From the NCBI GenBank assembly GCA_964036045.1, contig OZ038379.1:26102001-26166000 (forward strand): 64,000 nt of DNA, written 5' to 3'. Under the pieces are notes generated by a model. It saw only the letters and a list, made by a program, of their open reading frames with translations. It had not been told where the DNA came from and did not search any database. Below, piece after piece: positions 35,901 to 48,106 of this stretch. The stretch is from Eutreptiella sp. 'Long Island Sound 2002' (lineage: Eukaryota > Protista > Euglenida). The position numbers were made by a program, and so were the translations under genes. Positions within the stretch are counted from its first letter, which is position 1; each line of letters begins with the position of its first letter.

Positions 35901-37394
35901 CGGGGAGGGGGGGGTGCAAAAGCCCACAGTGCCAAACTGCACATCAACGCAAATCATGCCATGCTGCTGCGCTGCACACCCGCTGATCGAGAGCAAAAAC
36001 GGGAGTCACCCACGATTTTTTCATCATCAACAGTTCTTTCGTCTTCCTTCCATTCGAGAATGAGTACGGGACTTGTGCATGGGGAACTGAGGCAGGCACG
36101 AAAAGGGCCTGTTTCACTGCCGTACACGGCACGCAAAATTATGATGGGAACTAAAACAACCCATCCAAACTCTCCACTGCCAATTGCTTATGCCTGCTGT
36201 TGCTTTCTGGTTTGTCAAAGCGGAGGGCCAAGGAGAGGGCTGCACTGAAGCTTCACAAACTCCGTACTGCGATATTGGTCTATCGGATCAAATCACGAGA
36301 GACCACGAGCACCACGGCACGGTGGTATGCACGGGAGATGCAATTCTGCGGATGACTTCATGCAACCATGGACTGTTGGGGGTGGCCTGCCATCCATGAT
36401 GCGCACATCATAGCAACACCCTTGGGGAGGCAGTACACTTCAAGGCATGTGAAAACTGGTGCGCATGGAACGCTCAGTCACATCGGTGTGATTCGCATTG
36501 TGGCCTGCCCTTGCACGCCCTGGTGCTTCTTGATGTCGCCCAAGGAAGACTTCCATGAGGGAGCTCGGAATTTCTGAGGCCTCTTGTCGATGGCCTGTAC
36601 ATACAATGGCCCTTTGTGGCTGTTCTATTGCCAATTGGCATATAGCAGGGGGAGGGCAAGAGGGTAAGTGGAGCCCTGCAGGTCATGCAAACATTGCAGA
36701 GGGGTCCTGTGGTTGCAGGCAGCAGCAGTTTGGACTAAGGCTGCAGCAGACACTAACAGGCAAGCCCAAAGGGTCGCTGTATAATTCTGCGCCACCTCCT
36801 ACTGCGTTAAATCACGATGCAGCATATCACGGGAGGTGTGCAGAGGGTTAGGCCATTGAGGCAACCACATGAATCTGGCGTATACTGCCCGCCGTCTGTT
36901 AGTGCAAATGGTGGGCTGACAGACGAACAAAATGAAGAAATGCTGGTTGTCTGACATCACCCAGACTTTTGCAATTACTCTTGACTCAGGGTCTCTACAG
37001 GATGCATCAGCCATTTTACTCTAATGTTGATCAACTATGGGGAGCCCACTCAGACTCCGACTAGCTGATCTTGGAATAACCATGCGGCAAGTGTGTCAGT
37101 AGATAGCACGTGTTGTTCAGCTTGCGGTCAATGCGGCCATCCGCATGAGGCGCTGCATAAATCAGGCCTTAATGTAACTGAATCCCATGGACAGAAGGCC
37201 TGTTTGCCAGTTGTGAGGATCCCCTGCACAACCTTTGCGACCACTGCATGGGTGTACATATGGCACAAAGCCAATAGTGGTGGCTGGAACAGTGATTGGG
37301 GTATAGCAGTAATGGGCGGTTGTTTGGGCAATTGGAGGGCGGTTCACACCAGACGGAACGGGTGGGACCCCTATGGGGATGGTGCAAGACCCTT

Positions 37395-38240
37395 TCAGTC
37401 TAAACTGGTGGGGCAATGCATACCAGGGGTAGCAGTCGCAGGATCGACTCCACCCGAGCTGTCTGCTTTCTGTGTTGCATTCGCACGTGCATTTGAATGC
37501 TTTGCCCTCGTTCTCTTGGGCCTCAGCTGCCGCCACTTCACACCGCACAAGGTGCAGGTATAGTAGGTGTATTGCTGCTTGGCTCGGAGGTGCTTCCAAT
37601 GTGTCCGATGCTTGCATTTGCCGTGTGGGTGTAGCTCCCACTTGGGGGCGTTGGGATCCTCCTCCGGCAGCTGGGGATCAGGGGCAGAGTACGTAGACGC
37701 ATTGAGAGGCGTCTGCTCGGATGCATCCTCGGACTCTGTAGGATCCTGCCATGCACCCGTGTCTTCGGAATACGACTCCAAGGAGGACCTGGAAACACCG
37801 AAGAAGGTGGAGGGAGAAGGAGGCAAAAGGAGGAAGGGGCACGCAGACAGACACAAACACACATGTGCGCGCGCACACACACACATAGAGAGAGAGAGAG
37901 AGAGAGCGAGCGAGAGAGCGCGTGCGCGCATGCACAACGGAAACAGCACACGTGAGGACGAGGACGGACAGAGACACCGTGGACACAGCAGGAACGGCTT
38001 GACGAACAGCGAGTCGGATTCAGTCCATGGGCCACTCGAAGAGGCCTGAGCAGGTGTATCCAACTCTGCAAAGTGTGGAAACTGCTCAGAGGTGCTGCGG
38101 TATGATTCCTCTTTCACATATGAGGCCAGAGGGGCGGACAAGCTGAGAAAGGGCTCCTGACGAGTGCAGCTGTGGAGGTCTGGGAAAAGGCGTTGCCATG
38201 AGAAGAGATCACTGCTTGATGATCCACGGCGATTGTCCAT
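37395..38240 (-). CDS. Small orphan protein with C-x-H...C-x2-C zinc-finger-like motif; probable intron 37977-37789
   Basis: A pyrimidine tract and CAG lie 6 nt before ATG 38240. Motif HPHGKCKHRTHWKHLRAKQQYTYYTCTLCGVKWRQ. A phase-2 GTGTCT...TTCCAG intron (189 nt, microsatellite-rich) would remove the low-complexity middle. Confidence 0.6.
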   Translation of the reverse strand: MDNRRGSSSSDLFSWQRLFPDLHSCTRQEPFLSLSAPLASYVKEESYRSTSEQFPHFAELDTPAQASSSGPWTESDSLFVKPFLLCPRCLCPSSSSRVLFPLCMRARALSLALSLSLSMCVCARAHVCLCLSACPFLLLPPSPSTFFGVSRSSLESYSEDTGAWQDPTESEDASEQTPLNASTYSAPDPQLPEEDPNAPKWELHPHGKCKHRTHWKHLRAKQQYTYYTCTLCGVKWRQLRPKRTRAKHSNARANATQKADSSGGVDPATATPGMHCPTSLD

Positions 38241-38976
38241 CGGGCACTGGGTAAAGAATACAAAAAAAGCAACAGGTGTGCACACACATGTGCAGCAACT
38301 AACATGTCACATTACCATTATCATCGTCATCATTAAGATCATAGAAGGGACATAAGCGTTCCTATAAAGTCCTCCTGTTTCAACTCCTCCATCCCTCCCC
38401 CCCCCCCTCCTCTTTGGGACCTGTAGTCATTGGGCTGTGAAGCCTGGCCCTGATACAGACAGGGAGACGTGGCCATCTATCCATCTTCCATTTTTGATGA
38501 TTTGACAGACCCTGAGACGGCCAGGGAAGGCCAATTCCAACCCATCATTGGAATAGGGTTGACCCTTATACAGCAGGGGATATGTAGCCACTGTCCCAAT
38601 GATTGTTGAAACAAATGGGCTGGTGCTTGCAAATGGTGCAAAACACGTCTCCATCCTAAATTCTCAGGTTGAAACCAGACCATGCATCCCGTTTTTCCGC
38701 AACGGATTTTCTCCGCGTCGCCCATGAGGTGCACGTTGCCATCATCTTTTGGGACGGGGTTTTGTGCACTCAGCTGCACCTGTGGGAGCTTGTGCGAAGA
38801 TTTGGGATGCCCTTTGTAGGAAAGCAGGGCAGGTGTGGTGTGGGACGGCGGGGAAGATCCCCATTCAGATGATGGTCTCCAACAGGGTTAGGGTTGGGGA
38901 CACCAAGCTGGTGGAACCAGTCTTGGTTTTATAACCCTCTTTAGTGTCTAGGGTGGACCTAACAGGTTTAGCAAGC

Positions 38977-39011
<35 letters not shown>

Positions 39012-39569
39012 CGCGCGAAATGGGCAAAAATCACAGCTCCGTTGTGGTGCTTCGGATTCAGCCAAAATTTTGGTGGATGGTACCTATGGGTGTGAGGGAC
39101 AACCACACAAAGTATAAGCCAGAAACTCAACAGTGGCGGCCGGGAACGGGCGTCGCAAGTACCAGACCTCCATTTCAAAATCTGCAATTTAGGGCCAAAA
39201 TCAGCCTTTTTTTGCCCAAAAGCGCCCTAGAACCTGCTGAAAGCGGCCAAATGAAGGGAAATAGTGGCTACTCCACACATGCAGCTAGACTTCCTTGTGC
39301 CGAAGGGCTCTTTAGGGCCCTCAAACTCCACACTATGTCCACGAACCGCCCCCACAAGGCCCCCGAAAGCCCAAGAATTTGTGCACATTGGCCGCTGACA
39401 GCCCCAAACCAAAAGCAGACCATATCTTGGGCTACGTGGCTCAAAACGCGATTTGGAGCGCACCTAATCCACCCGCAACCACCCACTTTTGGTGGTTTCC
39501 AGCCCTCAAAATTGCCCTAACCGACGCCTAGACCCCTGTACCTAGGCCCAGTGGGCTGCGGCAAGCTGC

Positions 39570-39886
39570 AGGAGACACATACACACACACACCCTTCCCG
39601 CACCTCACACCAACACGCGCGCACACACAAACACACACAACCACACACAACTACACATGGACTCACCGACCCACCCACACACACACACACACACACATCT
39701 GCACAAACCCATCCACACACACAGGGAGACACACACACACAGAGAGAACCCCCCCCCCTAAACATTTAACCGTGACACATCCGCTGTCCAGGTACGTATG
39801 AGGGTGTGTGGGCAAGCGGTGTGTGGGTCTGGGTCGAGTGGGGGGCTGTTTGCTTTCATTGAGGGTATGTGTGGGTTTGTGCATGG

Positions 39887-39919
<33 letters not shown>

Positions 39920-40577
39920 TGATCTGTACTTTGAGAGGTGGATCCTTGTGCAGCGATGGGCAGGACGCCCCATTTGGCTCAGGTCTGCTGAGGCCTCTGT
40001 GGAACGTTGGACCCCCCCCTTCTGCGGAATCAGAACCTCTTTGGTTTGCTGGCTAAGTATCCAGTGTGTTTGCTCTCCCATGTCTTGTCAGAAAAGGCGG
40101 GCGGGCGACGTCATCTGCTACGGCCTCCTCCAGTCCCTGTGGGACAGGTACTGGGGGGGACTGCGGCGGCGGTGTTTTAGGCCTCCTACGCTTGGGGGCT
40201 GGAGGGGTGACGGGTTGGTGTGGGGACCTCAGCAGACCTGGTGGGTGCCGTGTGGGCCTGTGCAGGCATGGTTTTTTGTGGGGCAGGGGCGATAGTGCGG
40301 GTAGGGCGCGTTTCCGGTGCGCCGGCACTGGTGTGCACACTTTGTGGTGTCCCCTTTGGCAGCAGTGGCGTACCCCTCTCTGTTTGAGGGTGCGTCGGGG
40401 GCATGGGGGCAAGCTATGCAGTGGGCATAGTTGCAGTTGGGGTCTCCGAGCTATGTGCTCGTCCGCATGGTGGCCCAATTTGCAGCAGTCTTCGGCTGTT
40501 CGCCGTAGTCGCTTGCACGTCATACATGCCGAGGCCGAGTGTGCAGTGCATTGCGTCTGGCCAGACAGTGGCACGGG

Positions 40578-40651
<74 letters not shown>

Positions 40652-41154
40652 TCTGTACTTTTAGAGGTGGATCCTTGTGCAGCGTTGGGCTGGACGCCTC
40701 ATTTGGCTCAGGTCTGCTGAGGCCTCTTTGTGACGTTGTTTCCCTCCCTTCTGCGGAATCAGAACCTCTGTATTTTGCTGGCTAGGTATCCAGAGTGTTT
40801 GCTCTCCCGTGCCTCGTCACGAAAAGCGGGCGGGCGACATCTCGGCCACGGTCTCCTCCAGCCCCCGTGGAACTGGGGCTGGTGGGGACGGAGGGGGGGG
40901 TGTTTTCGGCCTCCTGCGTTTGGGGGCTGGAGGGGTGGGGGGTTGGTGTGGGGACCTCAGCAGACCCGTAGAGATACGTGCAGGCCCTTGCAGGCGTGGT
41001 CGTTTGTTGGGCAGTTGTGCACGTGCAGCAAGTGGGCGCTTCCGGCGCGCAGGCACTGGGGTGCACACTTTATGGTGTCCCCGCTGGCAGCAGTGGCGCA
41101 CTCCCCTTTGCTTGAGTGTGCACCTCGGGCACGGTGGCAGACCATGCAGTGGGC

Positions 41155-41204
<50 letters not shown>

Positions 41205-42351
41205 TGTGTGTGCCGGAGGGGGGGGGGGGTAAAGGGAAATGTGTGTGGGTGTGGGGACTTCGGTGCATGCTTAGGTGGTGTTGGTGTGGCTTTTCTGCCA
41301 GTGTCCTGCAAAAATGGTACGAAATTCGTACGAAATTCGCACGAATTTCGTACGAATTTCGTCCTCAAAGTGCCTTAGATACAGGCAGTTTGAATGTGGT
41401 TGTTACGAATTTCGTACGAAGTTCGAACAATTTGCAAAAATGTGCAGCATTTTTGTGCAGAACCGGCAGGAAAGCCACCCCGGCACAAGCCCCACACCTA
41501 CATGTACATATACGCAAGCCCAAGGACAAACACACACAGCCCCACAATTACAGGAGCCCCCTTGATACATTTCAAGCACCCTTCCTACACAAACACAGGC
41601 CCAAACACCAACACATAGATACCTTTAGTTAAATGAGCCCTCTTCCTAAGATCCCTAGCTGCTTGCATGCCCCTCCCCCCCCCCCAACTCGTGGCAAACC
41701 GGCCCCTCCGCCCATAGCACACAACACAGCAACACAACAACAACACAGAAGAACAACACACATGTCCTCATGACCGGACCCCACCCACCCAAACATACAT
41801 GCACGCACGCATGCACACAAGCACACCCACACCCACACGCACACCCATTCATCCATGAGCCCATCCACCCATCCAACCATCCACACCCAACCACACCCAG
41901 ACACCCACAACCCAAGAACCACCAATGCATGCACTTATCACCCACGCATGCACACACCATCCACCCATGCCCACACAAACAACAACCCCTCCTCCGACCA
42001 CGCGCACACACACACAGATAGACACAAACGCATGATTGAGGGTATGTGTGTATTTTTGTTCTGCACGAAAATGATACAAACTCGTGAAAATTGTTCGAAC
42101 TTCGTGCGAAATTCGTACGAACTTCCTACAAACTTCCTACAAACTTCCTACGAAATTCCTACGAAATTCGTAACAACCACATTCACGGTACCTATGTATG
42201 AGGCACTTCGGGGACGAAATTCGTGCGAATTTCGTATGAATTTCGCACCATTTTTGCACGACACTGGCAGAAAAGCCACACCAACACCACCGATGCATGC
42301 ACCGAAGTCCCCACACACACACACACACATTTCCCTACACCTGCCCCCCCG

Positions 42352-42387
<36 letters not shown>

Positions 42388-42508
42388 ACAAACCCACAAA
42401 CATTTCCCTATACTTGCCCCCCCGGCACACTGACACACAGACACACACACGCACACACAGAGACACCCACACACCCACACACATTTCCCTATACCTGCCC
42501 CCCCCCCG

Positions 42509-42574
<66 letters not shown>

Positions 42575-42810
42575 ATACACAAACACACACATACCCTCAA
42601 TGAAAGCAAACAGCCCCCCACTCGACCCACCAACACCAACACCACCGATGCATGCACCGAAGTCCCCGCACCCACACACATTTCCCTATACCTGCCCCCC
42701 CGGCACACATACACACACACAGACACAGACACACCCACGGACACACACACACCCACCCACACACGTTTCCCTATACCTACCCCCACAGCACACACACACA
42801 CACACACAGA
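39570..42810. repeat. (CA)n/(TG)n-rich composite repeat: about 730-bp tandem duplication plus inverted arms
   Basis: The block at 39921 is repeated at 40650; 41233-41432 is inverted against 42089-42335 and 39835-39900 against 42565-42630. Confidence 0.8.
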
Positions 42811-45000
42811 GGTAGCCATGTGACCTAGTGGACCCCCGGATGGGTCGGGTACGGGCGCAGTGTTGCAATCCACTTCGTGGCCGGTGTGGGCGCTTCGATG
42901 CCTCCTAGGGAGTTGCTGGCGGGGAAGGTCGGGGTGTAGAGCGGCAAGGGCAGGGTGGTGGCCAATTCGGCCAGCCGGTCGACTTCATTGTTTCACATGA
43001 TGTCGGCATGTTGTTGCACATCGCGCGCGTCAGACGGCTGTCGGTGTCCAGGAATCCAACGCACTGTGATCGACTTGCGTTGTGTGACTTGGGCAGCCAT
43101 CTGTCGGAGGTCAATATCGGATGCCTCACGATGGGGATTCTGGGGGCCATAGTCCACCACGGCTTTGTTGTCAAGGGTGACAGTAGATTCTGGGTTCAGC
43201 CGCCACGCACAGTCCCATCAGTTCCGCCCGGTAAGAGGTTTGAGGGCCATGTACACGCGCGATGAGATGGAATCCGCCGCATCTGATACCCATGCCCGCC
43301 CGCGGACCCCCGTGAACATCAACATACTCTATTTGCACAACCGATTTACTGCCATCGTTGTGCCATTCCCCGTTAGACGGTGGCAGGCCCCGGGTGGAGA
43401 CCTCGAAACCGGATACCTGAGTCTTTGCCCACCCTTCTAGCACGTCTCCATAGTCTGGCACCGCTGTGGCAGAGGAGTAAGAGTGATACTTTCTAGCCAC
43501 ATTGGGCTGGCCTACCGTGGGTTGTTGGGTGGCACGCAGACAGCCATCTTCAGTGTCTTCACTATTGTACATGTTAGGTCCTCCGGGGCGTCATTGCATG
43601 GGCTGAAGGGAGATCCCCGGCATCGCTCCCATAGATTGCAGGAGGGCAACATACGTAAGTATGGGCGTCTGGGTGCGGGGGACTGGTGCATCTAGGGGAA
43701 AGGGAAACAGTTCCGGGTGCGCATGCATTGCTTGCCGCATGCTGGTCACGTATTTACGTATGTAAGCCCGGTATATCTGCCGCACCCCCATGCCTGCTTC
43801 CTCGGGTGGAGTTCCCAATAGGTGATGGTTCTTAGTGGCCTCCATGCCCTTTGGTGCGCGTACGAAGTCGGCAGGAAGACTGTCTATTCGGTGTAGCGTT
43901 TTGTCGGAAGGTAAGAGGACAAGGCGGTGAAGCCGGCGGGGGAGGAGCACAAAATTGACTAGCTGGGCCCGTTCCCAACCGTTCAGGGGCACCGATTGGT
44001 ACTGGGCCAAGTCTGACTGTACAAGGCCCAAGTAGTCACCCCTGGCCTTGTGGGCCCAAGAGGGATGAGCCATGAGGTGCCCCAGGTATCGAAGGATGGG
44101 TGGACAGACCTTGTGGGGCACTCCGTCCCAAAGCACGGTTTCATGGCTAGTGGACGGGGCCCATTTGTATATTTGTGTCTTTGTGGTGTTGACGCGGAAG
44201 CCAAGGACTGCGCTGATGCGGGAAACTTGAGACAGCACTTGTTGGGTGGTGCCAGCATCAAGGGAGATGAATGCGATGTCGTCCATATACACAAAAAACT
44301 TCACCGTTGGGAACCGCCGCGACAAGGTACGGTGGAAACATTCATACACGACGCATAAAAGGAGTGGGGAAAGAGGGCAGCCTCTTTGACCCCCCCGTTT
44401 TTGGTGGTACGTGTGTTGTTGGCCTTTCGCCGTGAAGCAGCACTAGGTGTGTTCATATGCATGCCGAGGATGGAGATCATGGTAGGCGGGACCCCTGGAG
44501 TGTACATAGTTTCCCATAGGAGCGGGTGAGGAGTGCTCGGGAAGGCTTTAGCAATGTCAAGCAGGACGATATATCCATCGCCTTCGAATTGCAGGGTGTT
44601 GCTCCAGAGGGCTAGTGCCTGGGTCACCGTGGTGTGACCCTTACGCCCCCCTGTCTGTTGGGGGGACAAAGCGTCTGTCGGTGGTTTTTTCAGGCGAAGG
44701 AGGATCAGCTTGCACGGTGTTTGGTACATGCAGGAGGAGACGGCTATGGGCCTGTAGTTGCTGTCGTCCCTGGGGTCGCCCTTTTTGTATAGCAGTGTGA
44801 TGCGGCTGTCACTCCAGGTCCGTGCTGATATAGGGTCCATGGCGCCTTTTCGGGGAGACCAAGAGGTACGGTGGTACATGGTCCATTCCTACCGCCTTTC
44901 CTTTCGGGGCGTTAAGGCAAGAAACAAACTCCGTCCAGGTTGGAGGTTCACCGAATATGTGGGGGTGCTCCTTGTACGTGTCCCGGAGCAATTTCGAGGC
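42808..45000 (-). mobile_element. Degenerate non-LTR retrotransposon (RT + RNase H), truncated at both ends
   Basis: RITLLYKKGDPRDDSNYRPIAV, LDIAKAF, GVKEGCPLSP, VYMDDIAF, YLG; RNase H WHNDGSK and GPQTSYRAEL. It carries frameshifts and stops. Confidence 0.9.
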
Positions 45001-45384
45001 TCCCTTGGGGTCCCACAGGGGGTCCCCGGCAAAAATTATCCAAGACCATTTGGGGTGCTCAAGCGGGATAATTCCGCCCATTTTGAGCCCATTTTGACCT
45101 AGTTTAGCCCATCTAACCACATGAATGCACGAAGTCGTACAGCTCTCGCGTACCTTACAGCTCCGTTGTGGAGCCGAGTGGGGTGGGGAGAGGAGTGTAG
45201 ATAGAGTATATATACGGAAAAATGATGGCAATAATGAAATGTATGGGGGGTGGGGTGGGGTGCAGAACATATCCTGCAGGGGGGGCTTTTTCACTCACCG
45301 ACAGGGTGAGTAACGAACTTGGCCAAAAAAGTGCCAGAAAAAAAGTGAAAATTAGAAAACGGGGAGCACTTGATGTGGCGTGCG

Positions 45385-45545
45385 AACGACACAACTATTT
45401 GGTGGCACCTATGGGAAAAATGATGTGTTGTTGGTTGGGTTGTCCTCTTGCGCCGGGCGCCTGTGTGGATGTACTTATTTGGGACTGCGAAATGCCACAA
45501 CGGACCAAGGGTAATTTCAAATAGTGTGAAGTGGGTGCCAATTGT
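45385..45545 (+). pseudogene. Diverged Harbinger-type transposase remnant
   Basis: WLGCPLAPGACVDVLIWDCEMPQRTKGNF resembles [28 protein letters not shown]. Confidence 0.7.
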
Positions 45546-47451
45546 ATTGTGTTCTTGATTGTGCTATGTTTGTGGGACGGAGGGGTGCTATGAATTGCTA
45601 AGTGTTTCCTCGAATGGCCCTACCAGGGGACAAGAGACGTAGGGCAATCAAAACTTCCATCACCTTGGGGTGCACTATGCACATGGTCAGTGCCATAAAC
45701 GTGGTGCACATAGCGCAAAAATTGCACCCAAACACCCAAACCCAGTAGAAGTATTTTCGATTGGAAAGCGGTGAAAGGGGGGCTATCACACAAATGGCAA
45801 AAATGCATTGTACACATTGACGGGGCAGGCGCCGTAACTTGGGAGGGGTGTCGCAAACAAAGCAATGGGTGCACCTCGGGAGAGGGGGTTCCCCCACTCT
45901 GAGAAGAGGTCCTAACCCCCCTATCCCTTTCATCATCTCACCTCAAAGGGACATGTGAAAGCAGAATGACAAAAGGGGACAAACCCCGAAAGGATGAGGC
46001 CCCCTTGGGGGGGGGGGGGGGGGCTGTTGTGCATTCAGGGTTGGTGAAAGGGCAGAGATGGGCGATGGTATGGGGAATGGGTCCGCATATTCTAGGGGGG
46101 ATTCTCAAGGGGGCCAATGGTTAATTTGGCAGGCACTGGCTGGCTGTGCTTCAGACTGCTGCGTGCGCAAAAAAAATGTGGTGGCAACGCTATAGGCTGT
46201 CATCATAACACCTCTTTTTGGTGGATGAATAAAAAGGCGCGACAAATACCCCAAAAATTTACGGCACTACTGCCGTAAATTGTACGTAGGCAGTAGTCTA
46301 AAACCCGACCTGTAATAGACTCAAGTCCAAGGGGACAACGTTGATTTGAAGGTTCATACCACTTGTATTTTCACAAAAATCTGCAGTTGCACATTCTTGT
46401 TACCTGGTACAATTGTTCTATGGTTACCCAAAGGGATGGGGAAGAATTCTGTAGTGGGGAAAAATTTATGGCGCCACCGCCGTAAAAGTGACAGTGTTGG
46501 CACCATAAATGAGTTGTGAGGGGAGTGCCACTTCGAGGCAATTCAAACAAAGGTGTATAGTTGGTAAGCAAAATCCCCCAAAAAAAATTGTGGTTGCATG
46601 TTTGCAGGTTTGGGGGGGGGTCCTACATTTGAGCTCCCCCACACAACCCCTGCCTGCTTGTTTTGTTTGCTTGCCGCTAGTACATGTGATTTTGACTATT
46701 TATTGCCCCACCCCTCACTTCTCGTTGTGCAACATTTTCCCTTACACATGGGCGGCTCTGTTGCATGTGTTCGACGCGCAAAAGTCGAGAGTAGTTGCAA
46801 AAATGCATGGCTAGCCCAGCAGGCAACCACTGAAGGTTGTTTGGCCAACCCCCAATTTTTGAGGCCTCTGGTATGATGTATCCCAAATTGGATGAGTTCA
46901 AAATGGGCTAAATATACCCTCTTTACCAATTTCACACATAATGACGGACACTCTGCACATATGCTCTCGCTGACATCAGTGATGGCTTGCATACAGCACG
47001 TCAACGAATTTTCGGGGTGTCCAAGGCTACATGGACCTTTGTGGTGTGAAACGCACTACGTAAAATCCATCGCGTGTGACGCAGTGCACTTTGCGGTCGT
47101 AAAATGTCCCCGGCACAGGTTGCCATATCTGCAGCACTGCCAAAGTAGGGTAGTGCAAAACACCTCCTTCATGCATGCCTGCATTCATATGTGTGCTCCC
47201 CTAGGTTGTCCAAAAGGCATCTCACTGACTTTAGTGATAGGGCACCATGCACGTGCGGATGCATGTTTGGACCTGTTGTGCAGGCACAGGTGCATGTTGT
47301 CGCTGATGTAGCGAGAGGTTGCACCCCTTACACAGAAAATAGCGATGTTCAAATCCACAACCAGATCCCTTAGGGGCACTGGCTGCCCCTCAGGGGAAGG
47401 GAGTGGTGCAAACTGAATCGGGTTGAAGGGAGATCAAAACACGGGTCCCTA

Positions 47452-48106
47452 GGGGGAATCCTTGCACTGCGCGCGCACGTCGCGCACACAGAGTCCATTG
47501 CGAGTTGTGGTAGCCTGTTTTTGCGTTGGCAGAAGCTCCTGAAGGACTTGAAGGACTTGAATATTGGCACTTAGAAGCGAAATAGCCGGACACACAAATG
47601 CGCATCGTTGGCATTTTCCTGACTACTAGGTCCGCTAACCCCGATACCGGGCATTTCCCCACCCACTCTTCTTGATGACAACGTGGCTTCCGCACTGTTG
47701 TTCAGTGCCACGCCACCTCTCTTGTAGTCTACCTTTGTTGCTGCCGAAAGGGAACACCACACAATATTCTTCACTGCTTTGCAAGGGGTCACTTGGTGTC
47801 TGTATGTATGTATGTATGTATGGCCATAAGTGAACACCATGCCTTGCAAATGAGAACTCAAGGGCCCACATCAAAGTGTGGGAGTCCATGGTGGAGATGA
47901 GCAAAAAAGTGTGAAAGGGGGTGGGAATGGGTGAAAGTGGGTGAAAATCCAAAAATGCCATATCCCCATGTGGAAGAAGCATCAAAACCGACGCCAGGGG
48001 CAACAATGATGCCCCTAGTATCACAAAGTATGGGTCTCCAGTACAGCTAGGCGCCCAAATAGTTGCCCCGCGCCCACACTGCGTGCGCACTGCGCTTAAG
48101 GCCCCC
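47452..48106 (-). mobile_element. Harbinger-type non-autonomous element carrying a 367-bp copy of 53569-53935; candidate TSD CTA
   Basis: Left end GGGGGAATCCTTGCACTGCGCGCGCAC. The right about 250 bp matches 2497-2750. CTA lies at 47449-47451 and 48107-48109. Confidence 0.75.

Noticed and set aside
37789-37977. Non-canonical (euglenid-type) intron in the zinc-finger gene
   Set aside because: The first donors I tried were out of phase, but a canonical phase-2 GTGTCT donor at 37977 fits the AG at 37789.
39517-42873. Numerous 100-300-aa ORFs rich in CV/HT repeats
   Set aside because: They are translations of (CA)n/(TG)n microsatellites.
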